From assembly GCA_030295235.1 (NCBI GenBank), contig AP026128.1, positions 682,001 to 746,000 on the forward strand: a stretch of 64,000 bases of DNA, read 5' to 3'. Position 1 is the first letter of the stretch, and each line of letters opens with the position of its first letter. The position numbers and the translations under genes are program-made. Below the pieces are notes generated by a model. That model worked only from the letters and a program-made list of their open reading frames with translations, had not been told where the DNA came from and made no database searches. Positions 34,736 to 45,835 of this stretch are shown here, one piece after another. This DNA comes from Fistulifera solaris. Lineage: Eukaryota.

Positions 34736-37681
34736 CTACCTCGTGACGGAGTTTTGCAATGCTGCGCTGTTGGTCGACAAAAACTTTCCAAATCGCTGTG
34801 TTTGCAATGGCTCAGCAAGTAGCCTCTTGAGAAGCGCTTTTGCTTGTTTACCTTCGCGAAGACGGCTGAGGTCTCGCTGATCGCTGATCTCTTCTATGAC
34901 TTCGTCCTCATCCAAATCGATTCCCGCTTCGTCTGCTTTCTCGCGGAACCAAGCATTCCGTCGCTGAGTCTTTGATTGCATGTCTTCGGCCACAACAATC
35001 TTAGATGCTAGATTCACTCGTTCTTGAGCTCTGCTCAGGAGTCTACCGTCAATGTGCACAGGTTCAAATCGTGTCGACAGATCCTTCATTATCTTTGCAT
35101 ACATTTTGTCCTCGTCGGACGCAATCAGTGACACACTACACCCGACCGCATCTTGACCAACACCGCGCTGCACGATGAAAAAACAAATAGCACGAGTTAG
35201 AGACGCATAACGTAGTATTTCCACTAAAAGTCAAACTTCGTAGCTCAGACAGCCAAGGGAACAATGTTTTGTCTCTACATAATGTTTTCAGAGACTCTAG
35301 TCCATACACACACTGTGTTCATCAACGCCAAACCCTGCAAAGCTTTACGAACAACAAGATGCTTACCGCCGTACGACCGGATCGATGAACAAAGGTATCA
35401 ACTTTTCGCGCAGCATCGTAATGAACGACAGTTGAAACCGAGGGGATGTCCAAACCGCGCGCTGCCACATCGGTTGCAACAACGACAACATTCCCTGTAG
35501 CGTTACGAAACGACTCTAATACTTTGATACGTGCTCGCTGTAATGATGATAAATAGATAGCAACTTGTTAGAATCCGCATAAACAACTCATGGAGCACAA
35601 ATGTGTCAAAGGCTCAGAGATTGTTCACATGACCCTCACGGAAGCGACATTGACAAGTCTTTTGACGAGCCATTTGTCTCAAGAAACGGTTATTTTCCTC
35701 ACAGCCGCATGACAGAGGAAACTGGCATCCCAGCCAACGTACCTGTTGCATGTTTGCATGAAGCATTTTAGTTTGTATACCCAACGTCTGCAATGTTGTA
35801 CCGACACGCTTCACAGCGGCAATCGAATTACAAAATACCAAGCAGGGCCCCGATCTGCCTTCTTTCGTTGTCATTAAATAAGCGTACAAATGGGAATCCT
35901 TGTGCAACTGTGTGCACTTTATTTGCTGCAGGCGGAGACCCGGTGGCAGGCGAAATCTATCATTGGGGTCTTTCTTTTGCTTCTTCTTTTCATTGCCTAC
36001 GGTCACTTTCGTAGTTGGTTTCTCACTGTGGGAGAGGTCAACAATTTTTGTTTTTCCGCCTGCGTGAGCAATTTCGACAAGTTGAGCGATTGCCCCGTCA
36101 AGACCGGATGTATCAGTCCTCTTTCGCTTCTTGGATATTTCCGAACCGGGTAAAGTCAGCGTCGCGGAAAAGATGAAAGTTTGGCGATGCACAGGTGGGG
36201 ATGAAGGTAAACTAATCGCATCCTCATCAGACTCGGGCTCATATTCATGCTTTAACTCTTCTTCATATTCGTCATCTATGAGTTCCTTCACCTCTGCTGG
36301 TTCTTGGCGCTGTTTCGCCAACTCACTCAAGATATCATCACTTAGCATTGTCACTTTGGCTTCGCCTCGAATTCCTGGCAAACCCAACATGCGATCGCAA
36401 TCTTCTTCATCAACGTCATCCATGTCCTCATCGTCGGATTCTGTCATAGGGTTCGCTCGGTGTACCGCATCCAGAATGCGTTTCAATTGTGCGAACGACC
36501 CTTGTTGAATCATGCGATCAGCTTCATCCATGACCAAGAAGCGCAATTGAGATAAATCATTTAAATGAGGGTGCTCACGACTCGACATCTGTTGAAAGGC
36601 AATGAATGGTAAGATACGCGTAGAAGTGCGAGCCACAAATAAGAGTATAAAAAGTCTCCGACAACGATCGACTCGACATTGTTGGAACTCCGACGGATGT
36701 CTAGATTGCGATGTAATTTCTTCTTTGACATGAAAAGCACTCTTTTCATATATTACAGACTTACCAACTCCCACAGTCGTCCAACTGTTCCCACCAGAAT
36801 AGCTGGCCTATCGACATCCAGCACACGAGCCTGTTTGGCTTGAGCTAGCCCTCCCACTATACATCCAATCGATGCGAACGCCTTCCCGACCTTTTCAACT
36901 TGCAGTGCCAGTTCTCTCGTTGGTGTCAAAATAAGCGCTTGAAGCGGTGAATGTCGGGGTAAATCGGCCTCCAACAAATGCTGTACAATCGGCAGCATAT
37001 AGGCCAGAGTCTTACCCGACCCCGTGGGGCGGCGCCCAAGATATCGCATCGCCCAAGAATTGCAGCCGGAAGCGTTGCGGCTTGGATCGGCGTGGGGGTC
37101 CAAAATTCGTCCTTCAGAAGTGTATTGCAGATCTTTGGATGAAGTAAGACCCCACCAGTTGCACCACACCACGATGATTGCAGAGAAATTGCCTCCTCCG
37201 ACGTTTCGCCTGTGCTTGTGGCATTCTTTTCAGGGTCGTCGCTCGACGAATTGTTCTTACTCTTCTTCTTCTTCTTCTTCTTGGTTTTCTTATTTTTCTT
37301 TGCGTCAACCTTTGAAGAGGAAGTATCTGTTTTGAAGTCCCTGTCTTTCTTGTCCTCAACAAGCCCTCCTCCTGTATTTCCGTCGTCTTGCTTCAATTCA
37401 ACCTGCTTCTTTGCCTTCTTTGATGTCTTTTCTGCAATTTGTTTTGTATCTTTTTCGTTTGCTGATGAATTATCCAGTATTGTAAATGATGTTTTCCCGT
37501 CTATAATTTCAACTTTGTAAGAGTCTCCGCTGAGCACTTCTAACCCATTGAAAATGGCTACCTGTTCGCCGGGCTCGACCGGTAAATCTCTGGAACTAAT
37601 TTTGACGTTTGAGTCATCGTAATGATTCTTTTCCGAGTCTTCTAGGTCATCCAGAGAGACGTTTACTTTCTTCCAAGGCAT
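34736..37681 (-). CDS. DDX24: DEAD-box RNA helicase MAK5/DDX24; introns 36589..36764, 35538..35742, 35168..35366; frameshift near 37025
   Basis: Q-motif [54 protein letters not shown] and HRSGRTAR. The C-terminus [16 protein letters not shown]...LKRLLAEPL is typical of MAK5. Confidence 0.88.
35241..35330 (-). ncRNA. Intronic box C/D snoRNA with two LSU rRNA guides (SNORD53-like and SNORD52/snR78-like)
   Basis: Box C TTGATGA (35325-35319). Box D' CTGA is preceded by GGACTAGAGTCT. Box D CTGA (35248-35245) is preceded by GTTCCCTTGGCTGT. Terminal stem TGGC/GCTA. The guides are complementary to the conserved LSU sequences GACUCUAGU and ACAGCCAAGGGAAC. Confidence 0.88.
35599..35730 (-). ncRNA. Candidate intronic H/ACA snoRNA; target not assigned
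   Basis: Hairpin TTTCCTC/GAGGAAA, with an ANANNA box AGACAA 14 nt downstream. A second hairpin closed by GTCAAA/TTTGAC is immediately followed by ACA+TTT. It lies in a 205-bp intron. Confidence 0.5.
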
Positions 37682-38267
37682 TAGTCTAGTAACAATTCAG
37701 TTTAGTTACAAAGGATCGTCAAGCAAATGCATGGCAATTATTACTGTAATTTTTTATGAAAGCTTGCAGAATTAGTTCTGGATGGATGCAAATAAAGTCG
37801 TCTGTCAATCCATCGGGGCATCCTCTTATCTCGCTCATCGTCGTGCGCAGACATTTCCCGGGACTGGATTAGATTGAGTCATCCGATAAAACTACATTTA
37901 ACCCAGGTAAGGTTAGTAAATTCAATAACGACGCAGTGGATGTAATCGCTTCAACGACACTGCTCAAAGGCATCAACACGTCCACAATGGTAGAAAATCG
38001 ATATTAAAGCTTTGAAATAGATATTAAAATAATAGATATTCTATGATGTGCAGAGGCATTTCGATCGTAATAATTCCGCGAGCAGAGTCCGGGACTCTAG
38101 AGAACGACGTAAGGAGGTGATACAGGAAAAGGAATGTATTACGGAGTATCTGATACATGATGCTATTGGATGGGGATTGTTTCTCGTTCAATAAAACAAA
38201 TGGAAGGCCACAAGAGTACTGCTTCATCGGCAGATATGAAATGGCAATAGGAAATCATTGTTTCATC

Positions 38268-41243
38268 TCAGTCATCTTTCAAAACAACCTTTGAAAGAGT
38301 TGGACCAAGAAACAAAGCAGCAGCACCTTCGGACAGAAAATCAGCGTCTTGACGTGAAGATGGCTTGCTTTTCTTCTGCCGACGTTGATTCATTCTCGGC
38401 GATTTGCTTTTATTATTGCTGCTTGGTCCCCACCACCATGAACTAGTCCTATTCATCGGTTGGAACTGAGGGAAAGTGGCAGATCGGATTCCCAGCGCAG
38501 CCTTCACTTGGTCTAGAAACAGTGAAACTCGACCGTCACTCATCCATGGATCATAGAGCTGCTGTTTTGGGTTATCAGCGCTGTCGAAATCAAGCTGTGA
38601 CATGGTAGGAATGCTTCGAGCCCATCTCTGCAAAGAAAGTATCGGCTCCTTAGTCTGTTTGTCGATAGGAAGAAGGGATTCTGGAAGACCTTTTCGCAAT
38701 AGTAAGCAGACTCGCAATCTATCTGCCATGTCGCTCAAAAAATGATGAATTTCCAAATCACTTAGCTGTTGGCGTCTTAAGCGTCTATTTGAGTCATCGT
38801 CGTCTTTCTTTATCATCAAAACCAACGTCGTCCATTTGCTAATCGACACTAAATGAAACGAAGTTGTACTCAATGCTTTGTCTGAACTAACATAATCTTC
38901 CAGTGGAGAGACGGTCACGAAGGGGAAGACGGGATCGCAACTCAAACACTGATCCGCAGGTCCCGATCCTGCTGTAAACGATGCACCCTGTCCAAGATGA
39001 AAGAATGTTGGTGGATGCTCGTGCGCCGTCAAATCATTTTCTGTAGCATCATGTACTGTGGTATCTCTGAAAGTGATTGGATTAGGGTAAATCAGCTCGG
39101 ATAACGGATTCTTTACAAAAGACATGTTTGTCTCGTGAGTGGAGATTTTATCATGACCCTCTTCTTTCTGAGCAGACACGATGTGGGGCGCTTCGTCATT
39201 TCGAAGATATCGTTGTTCATGGTCCTCTTTTGGAGTACCATCATTGTAATTTCCTTCATCGACAATGTCGATGCGGCATGATGAGCACGATGCAAGTTGT
39301 CATCCTCGTCGTGGAAAGCTTGTTCGAGCAATTCGGTCAAAGTTTCCCACTCTGAATGTGGCCAGGGAAGAGGAGACTCCGTGACATCTTGTAAATATTC
39401 CATAGCAGTGGTTGCTATTTTTGACCTTCAAACGTTTTGCGCCCCGAAAGACGTGCATGAGGACTAGGGACTGGTGTGCCATTTGAATGAGTTCCAGGCA
39501 AAATAGTTTGCAAGCTCGAAGTCTTCGAAGACGCCGAGTGAATTGTGCTCCGAATGAAAACTGGCGGCCAGCGATTTTGATCTTTGCTCGGACGAACAAT
39601 GTTGGTCGACAAACAAACTCCTTCCTCTGGATAAAAATTAGATGTTCCTTCAGCATCCAAGATGACTGCTACTGCTACAGGAGGCCCCGATAACTTTTCT
39701 TGGCGACGAAGAAATTCCAGTATTTCATTTTCCAGATCATCGTAACTGTTACTGATTGGAAACTTGGTGTTCACCAGCCCGTACGCCGATGACGCGTGAA
39801 CCCGAGTGCGATCCAAAAATACTGGCAGTGTTGCCAGAATTCTTTTGAAACAAGATTCAAGCCAAAGAGTTTGGCGTGTCTCCTTTGACTTATCAAAGTG
39901 TGACATACTGTGTTGCCATTGACGCATAAGTACAATACTTTCCAAGAACCTGCAGTTTTAACAGACGTAAATTAGTTGAATGTCGAGACGAATGACGGCT
40001 TGCAAGGCGCTGGAAATGATGCGCCATCACAAGTGCTTTTTATCGCATCTGATACTATGTGCAGGGTGGATTAGAAGGTAAACCAGGTGGGTGGTTTCCT
40101 TCCGAGTACGAAATACAATAATAATCACCCCGCAATGAAATACAAAGCAAATCATGTTACTCACAAACACTGTTCCACCGCAAGTGAAGCCTCCAGAGCG
40201 AATTTCCAAGCTTGCACAAGTTGATAGGCGCGTTGAAATAGCGTAGAAAGAGACGGATCTTCAATGGCGTCCAGTCGAGCCAGGACCGTCCCCATGTTGG
40301 TAGCTGCTTTCGCCACTGTCACAGTATCCGTCGATTCATGCAAAGATGACTGAATTCGGATGAACTCACTTTGTGCCGCAACAAACAAGAGCACGGCGTC
40401 GAGTAGCGCACGAACTTTCTGTGCTGCCACGAGAACATCTCCTTGCGAAGACTCGGTCGCCATGACGGGCTCGCACAATAAATGTTGCAAACGAAACAGA
40501 TCTTGGGTGCATCGTTGGTACAAGCCAATCAAAGAAGGATCACGACAGCAATCTGCCGTAAACAGTTCGGCCGCCGCCAATAGCCAGAACGGAGCAGCCA
40601 CGAGGCGTTCCCATTCTTTCTCTAACGCCAAAGCAGAAGGTGAATATGGTGCGGAAACAGATGAAGAAGGGGACTCGGAAGGGGACGAAAAGGGTGACAA
40701 TGAGTGGGATGATATGGGGCTCGCAGTCGATAACATCTGTTGAATGAGTTGCAAAGGCTGAAACACTGGACTTTTCGGCTCACTCAAGTGCCCCCTCTGT
40801 GATTTTGGCGTCGAAGCCGGGCTTTCTGTCTTTTGTAGCAGGTGGCCCGTAGAACGCGGGGTCGCCATGGATTCGAACCGCGCGCAGGCCTTTGCGACTG
40901 AAGATGCGGTCGGCGTCGCCAGATCGTCGAGAAAATCCGGTAGAACTTGTGCCAACTTCAAGAGAGCCAGTGTCAGAAATGGCCTTGCGCTTTTCGGTTC
41001 ACTATTCTGAGGAGAATGGAAAGCTTGATGGGCGCGCGGATAAACATTGCTCTCTAGGGGACGCAACACAACATACGATCCTCCACGTCCGGATGTATCC
41101 ATGCTATTCTGTCGAACTAGTAATGATCTCCCCATAGAAGGAGTAGGAGGATTCACTACACCGAACTGTCGCTTCGATTTCATGGGTAGTTTCCATGAGG
41201 GCGAAGCAGGAGCGGCCGGTATTGTATTTGTGATAGGCGACAT
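38268..41243 (-). CDS. KICSTOR subunit 2 (C12orf66/KICS2)-like protein; intron 39950..40164; frameshifts near 39420 and 39180
   Basis: Colinear similarity to recalled human C12orf66 blocks: WERLVAAPFWLLAAAE, LLFVAAQSEF, DPSLSTL...[29 protein letters not shown]...VAVILDAEGTSNF, WPPVF and TSFHLVSISKWTTLVLMI...FLSDMADRL. Confidence 0.6.
39978..40135 (-). ncRNA. Intronic H/ACA snoRNA, SNORA21(ACA21)/snR10-like, with two LSU pseudouridylation guides
   Basis: Hairpin 1, box H ATAGTA (40058-40053), hairpin 2, box ACA (39983-39981). Pocket GGGTG + TAATCCA matches LSU UGGAUUG-UU-CACCC. Pocket AAAAAGC + CGTC matches GACG-UU-GCUUUUU. Each pocket lies ~15 nt from its box. Confidence 0.85.
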
Positions 41244-41562
41244 GAGTGCGTCGAATGCAGGAGGCAGTGACCCGTAGTTTCAGTCAAAACTTTGCAGCAT
41301 TGCACTTTCTATCAGAGCGTATGATTGAGCAGCATCTCGGTATACCTTCCTTCAGCGGCGACCGTTGCAGCGTTTATATCAAGAATAACCACTGGTAGGT
41401 ATTCAAAGTCATTGTACCAGTAATGCGAGGATGAGCAGAACAGTTGCCGCGTTCATTGTTTATTTTTTCTTTCCTCGCGTCTGCCGCGATGAAAGCCGGC
41501 AGACGATCGAACCTTCCGAAAAATGCCTGTCCGTTGTCCGCAAATGAATTCCTAGCGGTTAA

Positions 41563-41830
41563 CAGGTCACTATAGCCAAAAGTGTAGCCTCACTTTTCCA
41601 CGACTGCATTTCAGTCACGATGTACAATATTACCGAAGCAGACTGCTATCTACCCTCCATTCGTTCCGCCAATAAAATCAGCAATTATTGTTCATATCGC
41701 TTCGGAATATGTTGCAACAGCACTTTCACTGCAAATCTTGGTATTTTGATGTCGAAAAGTGCTAGATGCATTTACTATAGACCAAAAGTGTTGTCCGTTT
41801 TCGCCACGACTGCATTTCAGTCACGAAACA
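41563..41830. repeat. Imperfect ~60-bp direct repeat (family C), two copies ~205 bp apart
   Basis: CTATAG.CCAAAAGTGT...CCACGACTGCATTTCAGTCACGA at ~41570 and ~41775, with a 23-bp identical core. Confidence 0.8.
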
Positions 41831-42164
41831 AAATTATGGCAAGGGAATTTTTTTATAAAAAAATCAAGTGCAAGTGACCTTACTCCATTTCAAATTGCCG
41901 GTACAGACTACCTTTTGCAGTCTGATCTTCCCTGAACTTGATGGGCTTATTTCCCTACCATATACTTGTCAGATACCTGGTATGCTATGTTCGACTAAGT
42001 CTCGTTGATTTAGCTACGGCTAATACTGTACTGGGTTTCTAAGCCTATAATAGTTTCTTTTGCATCATCCATGAAAACATATATGAACCAATTCAACCAT
42101 TAGACGTCGAGCAAAATTTAAGGGAAAAACGTTTCGTTTTAATCAATCGTTTTCAGCCAATAAA

Positions 42165-42797
42165 TCACTCATTATGCTCTTCTCCTGTAAGTAGACGAAG
42201 ATGCCCCTTTCGAACCCACTCCTCCACGTCATTCCAAGGCAAGAAATGAGTTGCCCCAACACGAAACTCAACCGAAACGCCGGAGGCAAGAACGACCGGT
42301 CCTTCCGTCGGCACAGTGACGACACGAAGAAGCACGCGTTCTGTATTGAGAGGAGGAAGACCCGCATGAGCCCTCAAGTCATCCACGAATGGCAAAGTGT
42401 TTTGTGCGTATCTTTGGTGTAGTTGCTGGTAAGCTTGTAAAAATTCTTCCTCTGCGGGTCCGAGTTGCTGCTGTTCCTCGTTATCTTCTTGTCGCGGACT
42501 CCAGTATTGCTTTTGTATTCGCTGTAATCGTACCCAGTGATATGTGAGCAAACATCGTTTGTTGCGATGAATTGCTGCCTCCTGAAGTAAAATACTCGGT
42601 CGGACAGACATACTCAACTTTGGCTTTCCGTCTGTGCTGGCCTCTTGGTCTCGTGATGCGGCAGCCACTTGATCTCCCAAGGCGCGAACGTGTAAATTCA
42701 AGTCTTGTAAACATGAAGAAACGAGCGTGTCATTGTAGGCAGCATTACTACGCTTCAGTTCGAGCAATAGTTCTCGTCCGTATCGACCAAAGTCCAT
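42165..42797 (-). CDS. PSF1: GINS complex subunit Psf1
   Basis: FGRYGRELLLELKR..AAYN, IHRNKRCLLTYHWVRLQRI, LGPAEEEFLQAY, PP...VLLRV, and THFLPWNDVEEWVRKGHL. Confidence 0.88.
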   Translation of the reverse strand: MDFGRYGRELLLELKRSNAAYNDTLVSSCLQDLNLHVRALGDQVAAASRDQEASTDGKPKLSMSVRPSILLQEAAIHRNKRCLLTYHWVRLQRIQKQYWSPRQEDNEEQQQLGPAEEEFLQAYQQLHQRYAQNTLPFVDDLRAHAGLPPLNTERVLLRVVTVPTEGPVVLASGVSVEFRVGATHFLPWNDVEEWVRKGHLRLLTGEEHNE

Positions 42798-43354
42798 TTT
42801 GAGCGTTGACTGTAATCACAGAATGTCTTGTTGCAGTAGACGATTCGGTACGATATCCTCTGAAAGCCACTTGAACTGTTTCAATTAATACGAAAACACG
42901 ATCTTCTCCGCTTATTGCACAATCTTTTGGCGAGAAGAGCGACTTGACTTCTGTTGTTGTCATTGCCATTCAACGAAGAAACGGCAGCAATGCGCGAAAA
43001 AGGGTGGAGTTTTGCGCTGTGTGGGAATTATAGTACGCAGGCAGGCTTTATTCAAGCACTGTTTACCCTATACTAATAGCCGATGTGCGCTAACACTAAC
43101 ACTGCTCTGTTCATCGCCCGTCAGTTGCTTCGCCTTTCCATTTGAGCTGCACCGCATCGCTTCACACAAAAAATAAAAAAAGCGTCCTTGCAATCGTCAA
43201 AGAAACCTGCAACAAACGGCAGTGATCAGCTCGATTGTACAGTAAAAGTCTCCTTTCGAAGTATAGTCAAGAATAAAAGCGTTCACCGCACGGAACGCGC
43301 TCGCCCTTGTCGATCAATCGCCCTTCCAACATGCATGCCTCCAATCTCGTTGCA

Positions 43355-43528
43355 ATGGCCCGAGGGAAGGGCAAAACGATTCCCATCAAACTATTGAGCT
43401 CTGCCGGTACAGGGTTTTTCTACACCACACGGAAAAATGTTTCCAAAACGCCTGAAAAGGTCTCGTTCATAAAGTATGATCCGGTAGTAAGACGTCGTGT
43501 GATCTTCAAGGAAGGGAAAATCAAATAA
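43355..43528 (+). CDS. rpl33: Organellar (probably mitochondrial) ribosomal protein bL33
   Basis: [28 protein letters not shown]...[18 protein letters not shown]. Confidence 0.9.
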   Translation: MARGKGKTIPIKLLSSAGTGFFYTTRKNVSKTPEKVSFIKYDPVVRRRVIFKEGKIK

Positions 43529-43613
43529 GCCACTCGTCCGTATGGCCTACTGGAGAAATCAAAGGATGATATAAAAAGACACAGAGGAATGTAAAATATT
43601 GATATAACAATTG

Positions 43614-45169
43614 CTATCTTTTATCACTCTTCGTCACCGGAATCCTCGTCGCTAGAGGATGACGAAGCATCACTACATGTGACGCTCGCTTTAGTACTAT
43701 TCTATCCCCCGCGAGAGCGGCGAATGCCTTCTCTTCGTCGTCAAGTAACTGATCCAGATCTTTACCTTTTGGCTTGTCTGGCTGTTTACTTTTCTGCTTC
43801 TTTTCCGGTGGTTCGTGTTCCTTTTCCTGGCTTTCGTCGGCGAGTTGCTGGAGATTCGGATCGACCCACTGATTGGTGGACTCCAATAGTCGCACGAGGT
43901 CGGGCGCTAGTTTTTGAAAATTTCGCGTGAAAAAGCTGTAGACCGTGCCATCGGACTTTCGTCCCACCCTCCCACAACGATGTATGTAGGTCTCTAGGTT
44001 CCCCGGAAAGTCGTAGTTGACGACAAATTTGGCTTCTTCCCAGTGGATGCCTCGCGCACACAAATCGGTTGTCAACACAATCCCTTGTAAAGGCTTTTCA
44101 CGTTCCCTCTGCGTGAGTCGACTGTGGTACTCCATCACTTTTAATTGACTCGACCTTTTCAGTAGCGCTGAGATGTACTGCAGCGTAGTAATCTTGGCAA
44201 AAAGATGAGCCCCGGGCCGGACACCTTCGACAATGTTTTGATCAATTTTGGGGGCTTTTTATGGTGAGCACATACGTGAACAACTTGCGTAACTCGACTG
44301 GGAATCTGGGACCAAATTTCCGTTCCCTCCAAACGTCGTTTTTTGGGTTGATCCGCTTCGTCCTCGACTTGTTGCAAGTCGGTTGTAGGTCCTTTTCGAG
44401 TGGACACGACCTGAACTACAGTGACATTTGGAACCCTTCCGAATGCCGATTCCATCCATTGCGTCCATACATCTCGAGAATTTGAGCCTTGTGTTGCACT
44501 GCAGAGTATAACTTTCGTTGGTTTGAGAGCTTTGGCAATATTGTGCACTTGCTCTGAGAGTTCTGCATTCAGAGCTAAACGGTCCGCTTCGTCAAGGACA
44601 AGAACGGACAAATCGAATTCGCTATCCGGAAAGCTCTGCAATATATCCCACATCCGACCGGGAGTAGCAACTATGATTGCGGAAGACCCTCGCCGATGTT
44701 TGAATTCTGTGAATTGTGACTTCTTATCCACAGTTCCACCATACCAAGCCTTTATTGAATGATGTGAATGCGCCATTCTTTGACATTCCTGCTGCACCTG
44801 TCTACACAATTCCCGTGTAGGAACCAGGACGACACTCAATTTCGTCTGCAGTAAAGGAAGTCCGTAAGCAACGGTTTTCCCGCTTCCTGTCGGCGCCACA
44901 ATTTGTATGGCAGATTCTTTCCAGGAACTCCAAATGTGTAGCTGAAACAGACTAGGCGACCAGCCTAGCTGCTTCCAGCAATCTCTCCATGCCGACCAGT
45001 GTGAAAATCCTTCTGGCTCATCATTTGTTTCGAAATGATGGAGCGCAACCAACGGCTCTGATGCTACTCCTTCATTTTCTCCCCCTGTATTCCACGAAGA
45101 GACGACGCACTGTTCTTCGATTTGTACTTTGGATCTCCTGTTCTTCCTGCTGCCGCGTCTTTTTCCCAT
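43614..45169 (-). CDS. Divergent DEAD-box RNA helicase; frameshift near 44200, 3' end uncertain
   Basis: Motifs APTGSGKT, PTRELC, ATPGR, LDEADR, SAT, TTDLCARGI, VVNYDFP and YIHRCGRVGR. Confidence 0.85.
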
Positions 45170-45835
45170 GCTACTAATCTGTTTCTGTTGTGCTCTCAGT
45201 GTTCCGCTACCACACGAGGACCAGCTTAATCGCTTGGAGGATGGTCGAGAAATAATATGAAAAGCAACGACGATGTGGGTTGTTGTCAACTTCATTTTCT
45301 TTGGTTTCTGGTTTCTGTCGTGAGTTTGTGACGGAGGGACAGACGCTCAATTATGTGACGTGGCAGTAGACAATTCGTAACACACTTTTTGCTCCATAGT
45401 AACTTATCCCTGCCGCATTTTCCTCCTTTTTTGCGGTTGCACGGTTGCACGCTTTTTTGCCCCGCCCCCATCATGCGCGCAGTTTTCCTTTTCCTCTTCA
45501 CTCAAAGCAAAGTTCCTTCGAAAGAATCAGAGTAAAGTTACTTTGCACAACAAAAGTTCTTGACTTATTGAAGGGTCAATTGAGTGCTGGCTGGCCGCGA
45601 AGGAGAAGAGGGAAGTGGCTTTGTAGCCGAAACTAATAATTTGACGAATTTTCAATAAATCAGAGTTTTCGGTTAAGTGGGTGACGCTTTTCTCAACCCA
45701 GCAACGAACCTTTCAAGTTGGTTATTAGCGAATCTGTTTGCGTATTTAGAAACCAAAACAATTCAACGAGTAATTGGTTTCTTTAATTTTTTTTGATTCC
45801 GCAACCAATCAGGTATTACTGAAACATTAAGCATC

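Noticed and set aside
37845..37900. U6 snRNA-like word CATCCGATAAAA
   Set aside because: The ACAGAGA box and the rest of U6 are absent.
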